A program made the position numbers and the translations under genes. This document shows positions 43,411 through 54,300 of a stretch of DNA of 64,000 bases, one piece after another. The DNA comes from Microcoleus sp. GTDB lineage: Bacteria > Cyanobacteriota > Cyanobacteriia > Cyanobacteriales > Microcoleaceae. The first letter of the stretch is position 1. Each line of letters begins with the position of its first letter. The notes under the pieces were generated by a model. The model was not told the DNA's origin, searched no databases, and worked only from the letters and a program-made list of their open reading frames with translations. The stretch lies in NCBI GenBank assembly GCA_042408215.1, contig JAYFMW010000005.1:576001-640000 (forward strand). Reading direction: 5' to 3'.

Positions 43411-43672
43411 AACTGGAGGTGATGCTCATGATAGAAAGTAGTAAACGCATGGGTCATCAGATTGGAAACTACCGGCTGTGCGCCGGGGCCGCTCACTAGC
43501 AGTCAGCTGTCGTTCCCAATAGGAAGCGACTTTCCTCGGAAACCAGGCTGAGCTAGGGAATCTCCCGGCAGTCAGGTTCTAATCTGAAGATCCGCTAGAC
43601 CGCTCTCACCCCAAATAGTGTTACAGTTTGAGTGTTAAAACTTCAGCTTCAATACTATTGGTGAGAGCGGAT
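43411..43672 (+). ncRNA. Candidate PsrR1-like sRNA carrying a 23-aa micro-ORF (43428-43499)
   Basis: Strong RBS GGAGGTGAT and ORF MIESSKRMGHQIGNYRLCAGAAH; TTCCTCGGAAAC...TCCCGGCAGTCAGG segment recalled as PsrR1-like; long terminal hairpin ccgctctcacc/ggtgagagcgg. Confidence 0.5.
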
Positions 43673-43743
43673 AGTTTTTGGTAGGATTTTCGAGAGGCGA
43701 ACAGTTAATTTCCCTTTGCTGTATTCGAAATTTCAAAAAAATT

Positions 43744-44025
43744 ATGGCTTCAAGACTTAGCGATACTGAAATTAAAGAGCGCGTCATTCAATTGTCAGGT
43801 TGGATGGTTGAAGGCAAGCAACTTCGTTGTACCCGGAAATTTAAAGATTTTATTGAGGCGATCGCATGGGTGAATAAGTTGGTCGCACCCTCAGAAGCCG
43901 CAGCACATCATCCAGATATCGAAATCTCCTACAATAAAGTAACAGTTAACTTGACAACTCACGATGCAGGAGGCTTAACTGAGAAAGACTTTCCCCTAGC
44001 TCAAGAAATTTCTCAGCTCAATTAA
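43744..44025 (+). CDS. phhB: Pterin-4-alpha-carbinolamine dehydratase
   Basis: HHPDI, LTTHDAGGLTEKD. Confidence 0.92.
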   Translation: MASRLSDTEIKERVIQLSGWMVEGKQLRCTRKFKDFIEAIAWVNKLVAPSEAAAHHPDIEISYNKVTVNLTTHDAGGLTEKDFPLAQEISQLN

Positions 44026-44072
44026 AAGCGTTACCGCTCACCAGAAAGCAGCCGCTGCTAGATGTTTAGACC

Positions 44073-45719
44073 ATGATCGTATTTGAAAAGCCAGAGTTAT
44101 TGAACGAGTCTGCTGAAAGAACTGAGCTGATAGAAAAGCTTTTGGATATTGGCGCTGCTCTGTCGAGTGCCCAAGATTTGGGTGGTTTGTTAAATTTAAT
44201 TTTATCCAAAAGTAGGGAAATCACCTACAGCGATGCGGGCAGCGTTTACTTAGTAGATCACAGCGACGAAAAATCTAAATTGCTGTTCAAGGTAGCTCAA
44301 AATGCTTCTAAACCGGGACTGTCGTTTAAGGAGTTTGCGCTGCCGCTGACAGACAAAAGCTTGGCGGGATACGTGGCAATTACAGGTCAAAGTTTGAACC
44401 TGTCGGATGCTTACGACTTGCCCCCGGGCGTGCCATATCAGCTAGATACCAGTTTTGACAGGGATATTAATTATCGCACTTGCTCTGTAATGGTGCTGCC
44501 GATGCAAAACCGACAGGGGGAGACAATAGGTGTACTGCAACTGATCAACCGCAAAACAAAAGCAGAGACGGTGCTGACTGCGGAAAATGCCTGGGAATCG
44601 ACGCAGCATTATTCGGAGTGGGAAGAAAGGATAGTTCGATCGCTCGCTTCTCAAGCCGCAATCTCGATCGAGCGCAATCAACTACAAGACAGCATAGAAC
44701 AATTGTTTGAGGGCTTCGTCAAGGCCTCGGTGCAAGCAATAGAAGCCCGAGACCCCTGTACCTATGGCCACTCAGAGCGAGTAGCAGCCCTCGCCGTGCG
44801 CCTGTCAGAAGAAGTAAACGCCGTCAGCACCGGATGGCTACGCCCTATTTACTTTAACGATCGCCAAATTCAAGAAATTCGCTACGCCTCCCTGCTGCAC
44901 GATTTTGGCAAAATCGGAGTTCCAGAAGCAATTTTAACCAAGCAGAAAAAGCTCTACCCCTCACAGCTAGAAATCATTCGCCACCGTTTTGCCTTGGCTC
45001 AGCGGACAATGGAAATGGAATGCGTCCAGTCTAAATATCAATACTTGCTGTCCCATTCAGCGTACCGCAAACATCCTAGTCAAGAGCCAGAGTGTGCTCA
45101 ATGCCAGGAAATAGCACAGCTAGACACTAAGCTAGCAGAGGCAAAAACCGGATTGGCAGAATACTGGGAAGTGCTGCTAGAGGCAAATGAGCCTCACATT
45201 TTGGGATCAGAACCCCTAGCTCAACTGCGAGAAATTGCTCGACAAACTTACAGAGATATAGACGGCGCAATTAAACCCCTGCTGAGTCCAGACGAAATCC
45301 TACAATTGATGGTGTCGAGGGGCAGCCTGACGGTGGAAGAACGATCGGTCATAGAATCTCACGTAACCGACACCTACCAGTTTCTCAGCCAAATTCCTTG
45401 GACAAAAGATCTAAAAAATGTTCCCGGCATCGCCTATGGACATCACGAAAAACTGGACGGTACAGGGTATCCCCTAGGTCTAAAACAGTCAGAAATTCCA
45501 ATTCAAGCTCAACTGATGACGATCGCAGATATCTACGACGCCCTGACAGCAGGCGATCGCCCCTACAAGCGAGCTTTACACACAGAGGCCGCGATGAAAA
45601 TTTTGCGAGAAGAAGCGGCTCACGACAAAATCAATAGCGATTTATTGGAACTTTTCGATCGCCGGGAAGTCTTCAGCGTTCTGGGACACAGCTTGGATGT
45701 TAAAGCCGAATCAGTCTAG
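44073..45719 (+). CDS. GAF + HD-GYP phosphodiesterase
   Basis: GHSERVA, LHDFGKIG, HHEKLDGTGYP, ADIYDALT. Confidence 0.93.
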   Translation: MIVFEKPELLNESAERTELIEKLLDIGAALSSAQDLGGLLNLILSKSREITYSDAGSVYLVDHSDEKSKLLFKVAQNASKPGLSFKEFALPLTDKSLAGYVAITGQSLNLSDAYDLPPGVPYQLDTSFDRDINYRTCSVMVLPMQNRQGETIGVLQLINRKTKAETVLTAENAWESTQHYSEWEERIVRSLASQAAISIERNQLQDSIEQLFEGFVKASVQAIEARDPCTYGHSERVAALAVRLSEEVNAVSTGWLRPIYFNDRQIQEIRYASLLHDFGKIGVPEAILTKQKKLYPSQLEIIRHRFALAQRTMEMECVQSKYQYLLSHSAYRKHPSQEPECAQCQEIAQLDTKLAEAKTGLAEYWEVLLEANEPHILGSEPLAQLREIARQTYRDIDGAIKPLLSPDEILQLMVSRGSLTVEERSVIESHVTDTYQFLSQIPWTKDLKNVPGIAYGHHEKLDGTGYPLGLKQSEIPIQAQLMTIADIYDALTAGDRPYKRALHTEAAMKILREEAAHDKINSDLLELFDRREVFSVLGHSLDVKAESV

Positions 45720-45996
45720 ACGAGTCGGAGCGGCTGTGCTAAAAAGTAAATAGGCGATCGGGCACAGCATCGCAAGTGTCTGTCGCCAAATCAATCAATA
45801 GCCTACCTATTGTCTGGTTTACAGGCTCTGCTTAGTACAGAGCAAAAAACCAGCCAACCTAACAGCCAGTTACATCAATACACTCAGTCAGCCCAAAAGA
45901 ATCAAAAGAAAAAGTAAATTTTGGCTCTAGTTTTCAAGTATGCTAGTGTGGCAACTACTGACCACATAGAAAACTAAAAAAGTTTCTTTGTAATCG

Positions 45997-46006
45997 GTGT
46001 GAGGAG
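45997..46006 (+). promoter_or_regulatory. Putative Yfr1 sRNA target site overlapping the porin RBS
   Basis: GTGTGAGGAG is complementary to the Yfr1 core CTCCTCACAC. Confidence 0.65.
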
Positions 46007-46016
46007 GAGAGTGAAT

Positions 46017-48164
46017 ATGTCGAAATTTTTGTGGAGTTATCTACTGATCAGTCCAGCAGTCTTAGGAGCTACCCTAGTAGTTTCTTCGAGCGCGATCGCA
46101 GCAGACGCTCAGTCGGCTGCTGATCTTATTCAGCCTCAAACTGCAAAAACTGAAACCGCTGAAATCTCCGAAGCCAATCTCAATGATTTAGCTGCTGTTG
46201 CCGAAACAACCACAGCCCAGTCAGTCGCAGCAATTTCCCAATCTGCAGGCAGCGAAACCCAGCCAGCGAGTGCAGAGCCTGTAGAAATTGCTGCAACAGA
46301 AAGTGCGATCGCACCCAACACAGCCCCAGAAGCGGCAAACCCCTCATCGGCATCAGAACCGAAGAGCGAATCTTTAGCAGCAGTTGAACCCACAGTCGTT
46401 CAGCAACCAGAAACTCCGGCGGCGTTCGCGGCCCAACCAGAGCAAATCAGCGCCACTCAACCAGAAACAACCGTTCCCACAGTGGCAGAGTCGGCACAAC
46501 CAAGTTTGCCCAAACCCGCGGAAGCTTTAGCCCAAACCGCCACACCAGCAACTCAAAACCCAGGCGCTACACTAGAACAACTCAGCGAGTACAGCTCCGA
46601 AGGTGCAGCCGATGGCGAAACTCAGGGTCAAGTTACCTCAGTATCTCAACTTTCCGACGTGCGGCCCACAGACTGGGCATTCCAAGCACTGCAATCCCTA
46701 GTCGAGCGCTACGGCTGTATCGCCGGGTATCCCGACGGCACTTTCCGTGGCAACCGGGCCATGACCCGCTACGAATTTGCCGCCGGTTTAAATGCTTGCT
46801 TAGACAAGGTTAGCGAGCTAATTAGATCGGGCACTGGCAACTTAGCCACCAAAGAAGACTTGGCAGCCCTCCAACGGCTCCAAGAAGAATTTGCAGCGGA
46901 ACTGGCAACCCTGCGCGGCCGCGTCGATGTCTTGGAAGCTAAAACATCCGAACTCGAAGCCAACCAATTCTCCACCACTACCAAGCTGACTGGGGAAGCA
47001 ATTTTCGCCCTCAGCGACGACTTTGGCGACAAAAATAGCGGAGCTGTCTTCACAAATAACAACGAAGCTGTCTTCCAACAGCGGGTGCGTCTCAATTTAA
47101 ACACTAGCTTCACCGGCAGAGACTTGCTGCTGACCAGGCTGCAAGTCGGCAACGGTCAAAGGTTTAACTTGGGGGCTACCAGCGAAGGCACTCAAACTTG
47201 GAATGTAGTCGGCAGAACCGACAACGTTTTTGCCCTGGACAGCTTGCTGTACAAGTTCCCCGTCGGTCAGCGACTGAACGTTACCCTTGCAGCCAACGCT
47301 GGCGTTTGGGACGACATCATGCCGACAGCCAACCCTTACTTTGAAGACTTTGACGGCGGCAACGGGTCCTTGAGCGCCTTTGGACAGCGGAACCCGATTT
47401 ACCGCCTAGGTGGCGGTGCAGGTATCGGCTTTGACTACGCCTTCGGCGGCAGGGGCTTGCTGGGCGGCGTGTTCGGCCCGACTTCTCTGTCCTTCGGCTA
47501 CTTGGCATCAAATGCAGCCAATCCTAGCAAGGGCGCCGGCTTGTTCAACGGCGACTACACGGCGATGGGGCAGTTGACTTTTACCCCCGGACGCAATTTG
47601 CAAGTTGCTTTGAACTACAACCACGGTTACTTTAACAGAGGTAACTTTGGGTTTGACAATGGTTTAGGGAATGGGCCAGGCAATCTTGGCGGTTTCACTG
47701 GTACCGGCGTAGCGAACTCCATCAACGGCTTGAGTGACGGCTTTACCGGCTTCGGCGCTCGCAAAGTTGTCAGCAACTCCTACGGTGCTCAGGCTTCGTT
47801 GCGGCTGAACCCCAGGTTTATCCTTGGGGGCTGGGCTGGTTTAACCAATGCCCGCATTCTCGGCGTCGGCGATGCGAGAATTTGGAACTACGCAGTTACT
47901 TTGGCTTTGCCCGATTTAGGGAAAGAAGGCAACTTGCTGGGCTTTGTGGTAGGTCGTGAGCCTTACTTGGATAAACTTGAGGCTGCCAGCAGTTTGCGGA
48001 GCTTCAGAAATGACCAGTCGTGGCACATTGAAGGCTTCTACAAGTACCAGCTCACGGACAACATTTCTGTTACTCCTGGGGTGATTTGGGTGACAAATCC
48101 CAATCAAGATCGCAATAATGATGACATCATTATTGGTACTCTCAGAACGACTTTCATGTTCTAG
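46017..48164 (+). CDS. SLH-domain cyanobacterial outer-membrane porin (OprB-like)
   Basis: QVTSVSQLSDVRPTDWAFQALQSLVERYGC, QFSTTTKL, C-terminal GTLRTTFMF. Confidence 0.95.
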   Translation: MSKFLWSYLLISPAVLGATLVVSSSAIAADAQSAADLIQPQTAKTETAEISEANLNDLAAVAETTTAQSVAAISQSAGSETQPASAEPVEIAATESAIAPNTAPEAANPSSASEPKSESLAAVEPTVVQQPETPAAFAAQPEQISATQPETTVPTVAESAQPSLPKPAEALAQTATPATQNPGATLEQLSEYSSEGAADGETQGQVTSVSQLSDVRPTDWAFQALQSLVERYGCIAGYPDGTFRGNRAMTRYEFAAGLNACLDKVSELIRSGTGNLATKEDLAALQRLQEEFAAELATLRGRVDVLEAKTSELEANQFSTTTKLTGEAIFALSDDFGDKNSGAVFTNNNEAVFQQRVRLNLNTSFTGRDLLLTRLQVGNGQRFNLGATSEGTQTWNVVGRTDNVFALDSLLYKFPVGQRLNVTLAANAGVWDDIMPTANPYFEDFDGGNGSLSAFGQRNPIYRLGGGAGIGFDYAFGGRGLLGGVFGPTSLSFGYLASNAANPSKGAGLFNGDYTAMGQLTFTPGRNLQVALNYNHGYFNRGNFGFDNGLGNGPGNLGGFTGTGVANSINGLSDGFTGFGARKVVSNSYGAQASLRLNPRFILGGWAGLTNARILGVGDARIWNYAVTLALPDLGKEGNLLGFVVGREPYLDKLEAASSLRSFRNDQSWHIEGFYKYQLTDNISVTPGVIWVTNPNQDRNNDDIIIGTLRTTFMF

Positions 48165-48228
48165 GAACAGGTTCTAGAAGGCAGGATGGGTAATGCTTTT
48201 TCTGCCAAGAACTCTCAATTTTCAAGTT

Positions 48229-48254
48229 AGCCCTGTCTATGGCAGGGCTTTTTT
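48229..48254 (+). terminator. Rho-independent terminator
   Basis: agccctgtc-tat-ggcagggct followed by a T-tract. Confidence 0.75.
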
Positions 48255-48346
48255 GTGCGGTAGACGACGAATCAGGAAATTAAGCCCCTAAAAAGACTCG
48301 CCTGTACCCACTATTTGGCCTAGGGCTAAACGTTAAAGGTGACATC

Positions 48347-49039
48347 TTACTTAAAAGCCCTTTTCCCCACCTTCCTCTTCCACCAGCACCCCAAGCCAAA
48401 AGCTAAACCAACACCTGCGATCGTCCTAGGTTCCGGCACAGTGTTAGACTCGTACTCATAGGCGAGAGTAAGCTTTGAGTCAGTCGTGACAGTGCCCGCG
48501 TAAGTGACCGTTGCAGGCGTTCCTAAAACCTTAACATTGCCCGTAGCCACAATGCTAGCAGCAATTAAATCTCCCGCACATCCACTAAACATATTTAGAG
48601 ACTGCGGCGAACTATAACTCCTTGAAACAGCACCCTTCGCACTCCCACCTCTAGCCCCCGCAGCCCCCGACTCAATACTCATTTCCGGCGGATTTGCAAA
48701 CAAACTCAAAACCAAATTAGGGTCAGCTTTTAAACTCGGTAAATTGACAGCAATTTGAGCATTCGTGACCGCAGTACCAGTAAAATTGCTAGCAGGAACA
48801 ATACCGAGCTCGCTGTTAACCGTTGACTGAACTGTAACATAAGCCCTTAACAGCGTCCCCAACAGCGAATTAAACTTAGGAAACACCCCATTCAGCGTAC
48901 TATTAACTGGCTGCTGCTTCAAAGAAACCGTATAAGTTTGCGTAAGAACAGCAGCTTGTACAGGAATTACCAAGTCATTAAAAGTCAAACTAAGAACTCC
49001 AGAAACAACCGCCATTCCTAACTTTTGATATCCGTTCAT
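48347..49039 (-). CDS. PEP-CTERM protein with a choice-of-anchor E-like domain
   Basis: Signal peptide, FPKFNSLLGTL, VPEPRT-hydrophobic-WWKRK. Confidence 0.82.
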   Translation of the reverse strand: MNGYQKLGMAVVSGVLSLTFNDLVIPVQAAVLTQTYTVSLKQQPVNSTLNGVFPKFNSLLGTLLRAYVTVQSTVNSELGIVPASNFTGTAVTNAQIAVNLPSLKADPNLVLSLFANPPEMSIESGAAGARGGSAKGAVSRSYSSPQSLNMFSGCAGDLIAASIVATGNVKVLGTPATVTYAGTVTTDSKLTLAYEYESNTVPEPRTIAGVGLAFGLGCWWKRKVGKRAFK

Positions 49040-49188
49040 TGCGACACACTCCTAAATAATCACTTAACTTTCCCGCTGATTCTTAGGACTTACGCAAAAA
49101 CCCGGTTTCTACGAAAAATAGTCGATGGAGGCGAGAGATATTGACGCAGAAACCGGGTTTTTTGGCCCGTGCGTCCAGGACTGTTTTT

Positions 49189-50397
49189 TTAACTTCCAGA
49201 CAGCAGATTAAACTTATAAAAATCGATAAACATCGGCATATTTTGCACCGCCAAATGAACAACAATAGAGAACAAATAACCTAAAACCCAGACCGTATAA
49301 GCTATGCTAAAAGGAGCATAAGCAGCCAAAGTCCAGCAGTCTGAAGGTTCTGACCAAATCTGTTCACGCCGCAGCAAATGAGCGTAAAATTGAAACGACC
49401 TCGATCGCAAATTGTTAATCCCAGTCAAAGCAACCAGCAAATAATAGCCATCAAACTTATTCAAAGGGTTGAGATTAAAAACTACAGTGACAAGCGTAGC
49501 TACCATCAGCAAATAGCTAGCCAAATGCCATCCAGGGTTAGGCTTAGACAAAACCCAAACCCAAACCGATAATGCCCAGATAGCCACTTGCACCAACACG
49601 CCTGCTGCTACTACCAAAACGCGCTGTTTCCGCCTCACTAAACTGTACTGATCTGTGGTATCCGTATAGCATCCCGGTATCAAACACAAAAACAGCAGCC
49701 CCATTTCTGGGACAACACCACCGTAGTGCTTCAAAGTAAAAGCGTGACCTAATTCGTGCAGACAAACTACTAGCATAATCAGTAGCACAAATGTTACCAG
49801 AGTTGTAATTTCCCCTGTTGCCCAAACCTGTTGATTGGAAGCAGAAACCTCGTCAGCCAAAGCCAGCCACACAGCCAGAGAAGCACTGATTAAAACACAC
49901 AGAAAAAAGGCAAATTGCCAAGTCCAAATCCAGCGGAGTTTACCCGTATGTTTAGTTAGCCAAGCATCGGGATTGAACAGGGGAATTTGGAAACACAATA
50001 ATTGCTGAATGTTGAATTTATTTGGGGGTGGTTTTGGAGGTTGGGTTCCCTCTAACATTCCCGTTTCTGCCAGCATCCGCAGCAAGTATTGCATATCCTC
50101 CAAAGTAATGTCATAGATATCTGCGATATCGCCGATCGGCTGCAAGCCAAACTGTGAGATTACCTCTTTGTCAGAATTGTCAACTTGCAAGCAAGTAACG
50201 CCTTCTGAGTTGCGGAGTATCCAATAGCCGTCTGGGTGCGGTATCCACAGTACCGTTGATTTGAGTTTAGGGCCATAAAAGATTGTTCCAGAATCTTCAC
50301 TCCGATTTTGAGATATAGATTCCCCCTCTTCCTTAGTTAAGTCGGGGCACAATTTTTCTTGACTTTCTATGCGTGCAAATTTTTCACCATTTTGCAT
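49189..50397 (-). CDS. M50-like membrane zinc metallopeptidase
   Basis: HELGH, YTDTTD, NLNPLNKFDGY, several TM helices; start set at MQNGEK. Confidence 0.85.
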   Translation of the reverse strand: MQNGEKFARIESQEKLCPDLTKEEGESISQNRSEDSGTIFYGPKLKSTVLWIPHPDGYWILRNSEGVTCLQVDNSDKEVISQFGLQPIGDIADIYDITLEDMQYLLRMLAETGMLEGTQPPKPPPNKFNIQQLLCFQIPLFNPDAWLTKHTGKLRWIWTWQFAFFLCVLISASLAVWLALADEVSASNQQVWATGEITTLVTFVLLIMLVVCLHELGHAFTLKHYGGVVPEMGLLFLCLIPGCYTDTTDQYSLVRRKQRVLVVAAGVLVQVAIWALSVWVWVLSKPNPGWHLASYLLMVATLVTVVFNLNPLNKFDGYYLLVALTGINNLRSRSFQFYAHLLRREQIWSEPSDCWTLAAYAPFSIAYTVWVLGYLFSIVVHLAVQNMPMFIDFYKFNLLSGS

Positions 50398-50630
50398 GAT
50401 GTTGGGAGTTATAAATTGTAGGCTGCACAGAAAAACATTAGCAATGTAATACCAATTTTTTATGAGGCTGCATAGAATCTGATCCCCCCTAACCCCCCGC
50501 GAGTTCGGGGGGGACAATAGTCTTCTCAAAGTCCCCCTTATTAAGGGGGATTTAGGGGGATCGAAATATGTGCAACTTCACATTAAATTGGTATAAGCAG
50601 TTTTTATTTTGCCATACAGAAGACTGCGAG

Positions 50631-50648
50631 TTGTATTAATTAATACAA
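50631..50648. promoter_or_regulatory. Putative NtcA-type site GTA-N8-TAC
   Basis: Perfect palindrome TTGTATTAATTAATACAA between divergent genes; AT-rich context. Confidence 0.45.
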
Positions 50649-50796
50649 AAATTTACATTGTATTTACAAATTGCGATCGCTGCATGATTTACATGGTAAT
50701 GTTTAATTAGCTAATTTTCAAATCTACGTAGTTAACTAATATACTCAATTAACTGCCTGGGTTTTCAAGGTCACTACTAAACGGGGGCTTAAGTGT

Positions 50797-51174
50797 ATGG
50801 TCTGGCATTCAAAAGGCTTCAAAATCCGCAAGAATACAGGGGTTGAGAAATCGCCCCCAAAAACTCGCCGCCCACGAAAGACATTCATCCTGGAACGAAT
50901 TATCACCCCCAGCGCCCTAGTTCCTGGTGGTGTGGATGACCATGACGCGCTGCATCAGATTCTCAACTCTCTATCGCTGCTCAGTTTTGACTTTTCAGAC
51001 TGGGCCCAAAAATTTCATCACGCGACCAACTTACACTTATTTGCAGATAGCGGTGCGGGTACTTGCCCAACTTCCCCCGATGGCGACTTGCCACCAATTA
51101 TTGACTTTGACCCCTTGGGCTTGTACTCTCCCCCACAACCGACACTCTTAGCCCAACATTCAAGGAGCCTTTGA
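50797..51174 (+). CDS. N-terminal part of the large secreted protein (LEPR-XLL-like leader), frameshifted near 51151
   Basis: Basic stretch then TFILERIITPS; the downstream frame is open from 51152 into the 51368 ORF. Confidence 0.6.
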   Translation: MVWHSKGFKIRKNTGVEKSPPKTRRPRKTFILERIITPSALVPGGVDDHDALHQILNSLSLLSFDFSDWAQKFHHATNLHLFADSGAGTCPTSPDGDLPPIIDFDPLGLYSPPQPTLLAQHSRSL

Positions 51175-51367
51175 TACCCTACCGCCCCCAATTATACTGC
51201 CCGTAGATCCGCCTGGAACCAATAACAAAGTACCTACAGACTTAGGTGGCGCTTACAAATTTACAGGCCTAACGGCATCAGGTAATAACGATGCAGGTTC
51301 AGCGAACCAATACACCTTTGGCATTGCTAGTTCCGAACTCAATTCCACAGATTCAGACACCGTACTT

Positions 51368-54300
51368 GTGGGAGTTTCAGTAGCCTCAAAAGATAATCAA
51401 GGACTACCTGAACTACCAGAAATAGGTGGACTCACACCAATTCTCACATCAACCAATACAAATAGTACCTATTCCCTATTTTCCATCAATCGTTCAGGCT
51501 TAAACCTGCTTAACTTCAACAGTGCATTGAGTAGCGCATACACTCTCAAACTAAACGTAGCAGGCGATATCAACAGCGACGGCCGAATTGATACAACAGA
51601 CAGACAACTCCTAAACAACGCTCTAGGCAGCACAGCAACAGACCCCAATTATACAATTAACCTAGACCTCAACCGCGATGGAATCATCAACTCAGTAGAC
51701 CAAACTCTCCTCAACAACAACTTCGGCTTCATCACCAACAAACCACCAGTCACCTCCCCATTCTCAACCAACACCCATGCAGAATTAGAAACAATCATAC
51801 CCTTAATCGGTAAAGCAACAGACCCCGAAAACTACCCCATCTCCTACAACACGCTCAACCCAATTAACGGTACGGTAAAGTTCGATCCCATTACCAAAAC
51901 AGCAACCTTCAAGCCTACTCCGGGATTCTCAGGCATCGCCAGCTTTGACTTCATAGCTAGCGATGGTTATAACAGAGGAGTACCAGCAAAAGTAACAGTC
52001 AACGTCAGCGGAGCCCCGCTACTTTCCTTAGACTTCGCCAATCGCAACCCTCAGCTTTATCCAGGAGACAATACAAAATTAGTTGTGCTCGGAGACTTCG
52101 CCGACCAAAAAGGCGTAGTGCTGCCAGATTCTTACTTAACATACACATCATTAAATCCAGAAATAGCACCCATTGACGCTTTTGGAAAAATCACAGGATT
52201 AGCCAACGGAACCTCAATTTTTACAGCCTCCCACAATAACATTCAAGCCGTAACAGCAGCACGAGTAGGCGAAATGCCAATTCCTGCCAACGATGACGAG
52301 TGGAATGCGCTACTTGCAGAGATTTACGGTTTGGATGTTTACCCAAAAGCAGTAACATTAACAACAGGAGTAAAGCGCTCGTTACTGGTAGGAATTCAAG
52401 GACTTACCGACTCTCCAGACCTCAAATTCGGCTCTACCGGAACTCGCTACTTCGTCAGCAACCCCAATGTATTGCAAGTAAATTCAGACGGCGTAATTAC
52501 TGCTGTAGGTGAAGGAATTGCCAACGTCACCGTCATCGATGGAGCAGCAGAAAAAGTAGTTCCAGTGCGCGTAGAAAAGCCTTTGATAGGCCCTGCTACT
52601 TTAGGAGTTGATGGCGGAGTAGTACAAGGCAGCGACGGCTCAAAAGTAATGGTAGCTCCTACTGCCTTAACTCAAGATACAACAGTTAACATCACGTCGT
52701 TAAGCCGTGAAAGCTTGTCCCTGCCAATCCCAGCGGGATTTGAATTTGCCGGGGCCTTCAATCTGGACTTTAGCGGCGATAAAATGAATCAGCCCGCTCA
52801 ATTAGCCATTCCAGCACCATCGGGATTAGCAGTGGGGACTAAAGTGTACTTTATGCGAAAAGGGGCAATTCCCGATGAAACGGGTACTCCTAATCCCATG
52901 TGGCTGCAAGAAGAATCAGGCATCGTCGGCTCAGACGGCTTCATCCGCACCCAATCCCCACCCTATCCAGGTATAGTCAAACCAGGCGAATACATGGTAG
53001 CCTACGCCAACCCCGCTAATAGCGCTACCTTGGTCAAGGGTCAACTCACTTATGATTTTCCACTAGCGTTTTTGGGCATCATTGACCCCTTTGGAAATAT
53101 TGGTCAGTTATTAGAACCTGATAGCTTTGCCGCTACCCCGGCTTTTACAGTTTCCCATAAGATTTCTTCAGTCAAGGTAATTGCAGTTCCCAAGGAAGGA
53201 CTACCTATAGTGACTGAGTTGAAAGTCGAACCAAACGCGGAAGGGATTGCTACCTTTGAGGGGGATTTAACTCAGGCAAACTCAGGCTCTGGTGGCAGTG
53301 GTGGCGGTGCCTGGCCTCCTCCAAATATGGGTTCTTATTGGTTTTCTTACAATGGGTCGTTGAAGAAAACATCAGCAGAAAGACGGGCAATGTTTAAAAA
53401 CATTCTCGAAAATCCTTCGATCAAAAAAGTTTACTTGAATGTGTTATCGGCCTTTGGAGTTACTTTTAAACCGAGCGATACAACCGAGTTGCATCCTTCT
53501 GATATTGTTAACATGATTTCAAGTTTACAAGGGGAGGATATATTCACAGAATTTCAGCAGGAAATCCAGAAATACAATAAAGCTCACCCAAACAACCCAA
53601 GCCAGATTCAGGTAGTAGGCTGGTTCGAGGGAACAGGAATAGGCCGGAGCGGTAGTACACTTTTTGAGACAGCGGCTGATGCCAAGTATAGTAAGGCTGG
53701 CGCACAAAACTATAATGCCGTGCTGAAAAAAACAACTGATGGTGTAAATACCCTCGATTTACTCCATCCAGATGTCCATAATAAGTTAAAAGAAATAGTA
53801 TCCGACTTTTTGAAAAAGCATCGGGATGTTGTAAGTAGTATTATTTTTGACGATCGCTATGGAATTTTCAAGGATGCGATGTCGGAAATAGCAGCTCGGT
53901 ATGACATTCCTAATGGTTATCCAAACGGTCAGACTGCGTGGATTCGCGATCGACTCACCAACAACCTCAAAGATATCAAGAATACCGTAGCTAGTTTTGG
54001 TACAAAGCTGAGTATCTCAAGTCATAAATTTTCTTGGGCTGCGGACAAAAATAATCAAGATTTAGCCAGGTGGCTCCAAGAGGGAATTATTGATGGAGAA
54101 TACAACTTCCAACTTTATAAAAATGGTGCTCAATATCAAAGCTTTATTCAGGAATATAACGCTAATATGCAGTTGGCAAGCACAGTTTTATCAAAAAACA
54201 AAACTGGTGTTATCCCATCGCTGTCTGTAAGTCTTGGTTACACGGCAGGGAGGGATGAAGAGGGCAAGCCTATTTTATTGAGTAAAGAAGATATTAAGAA

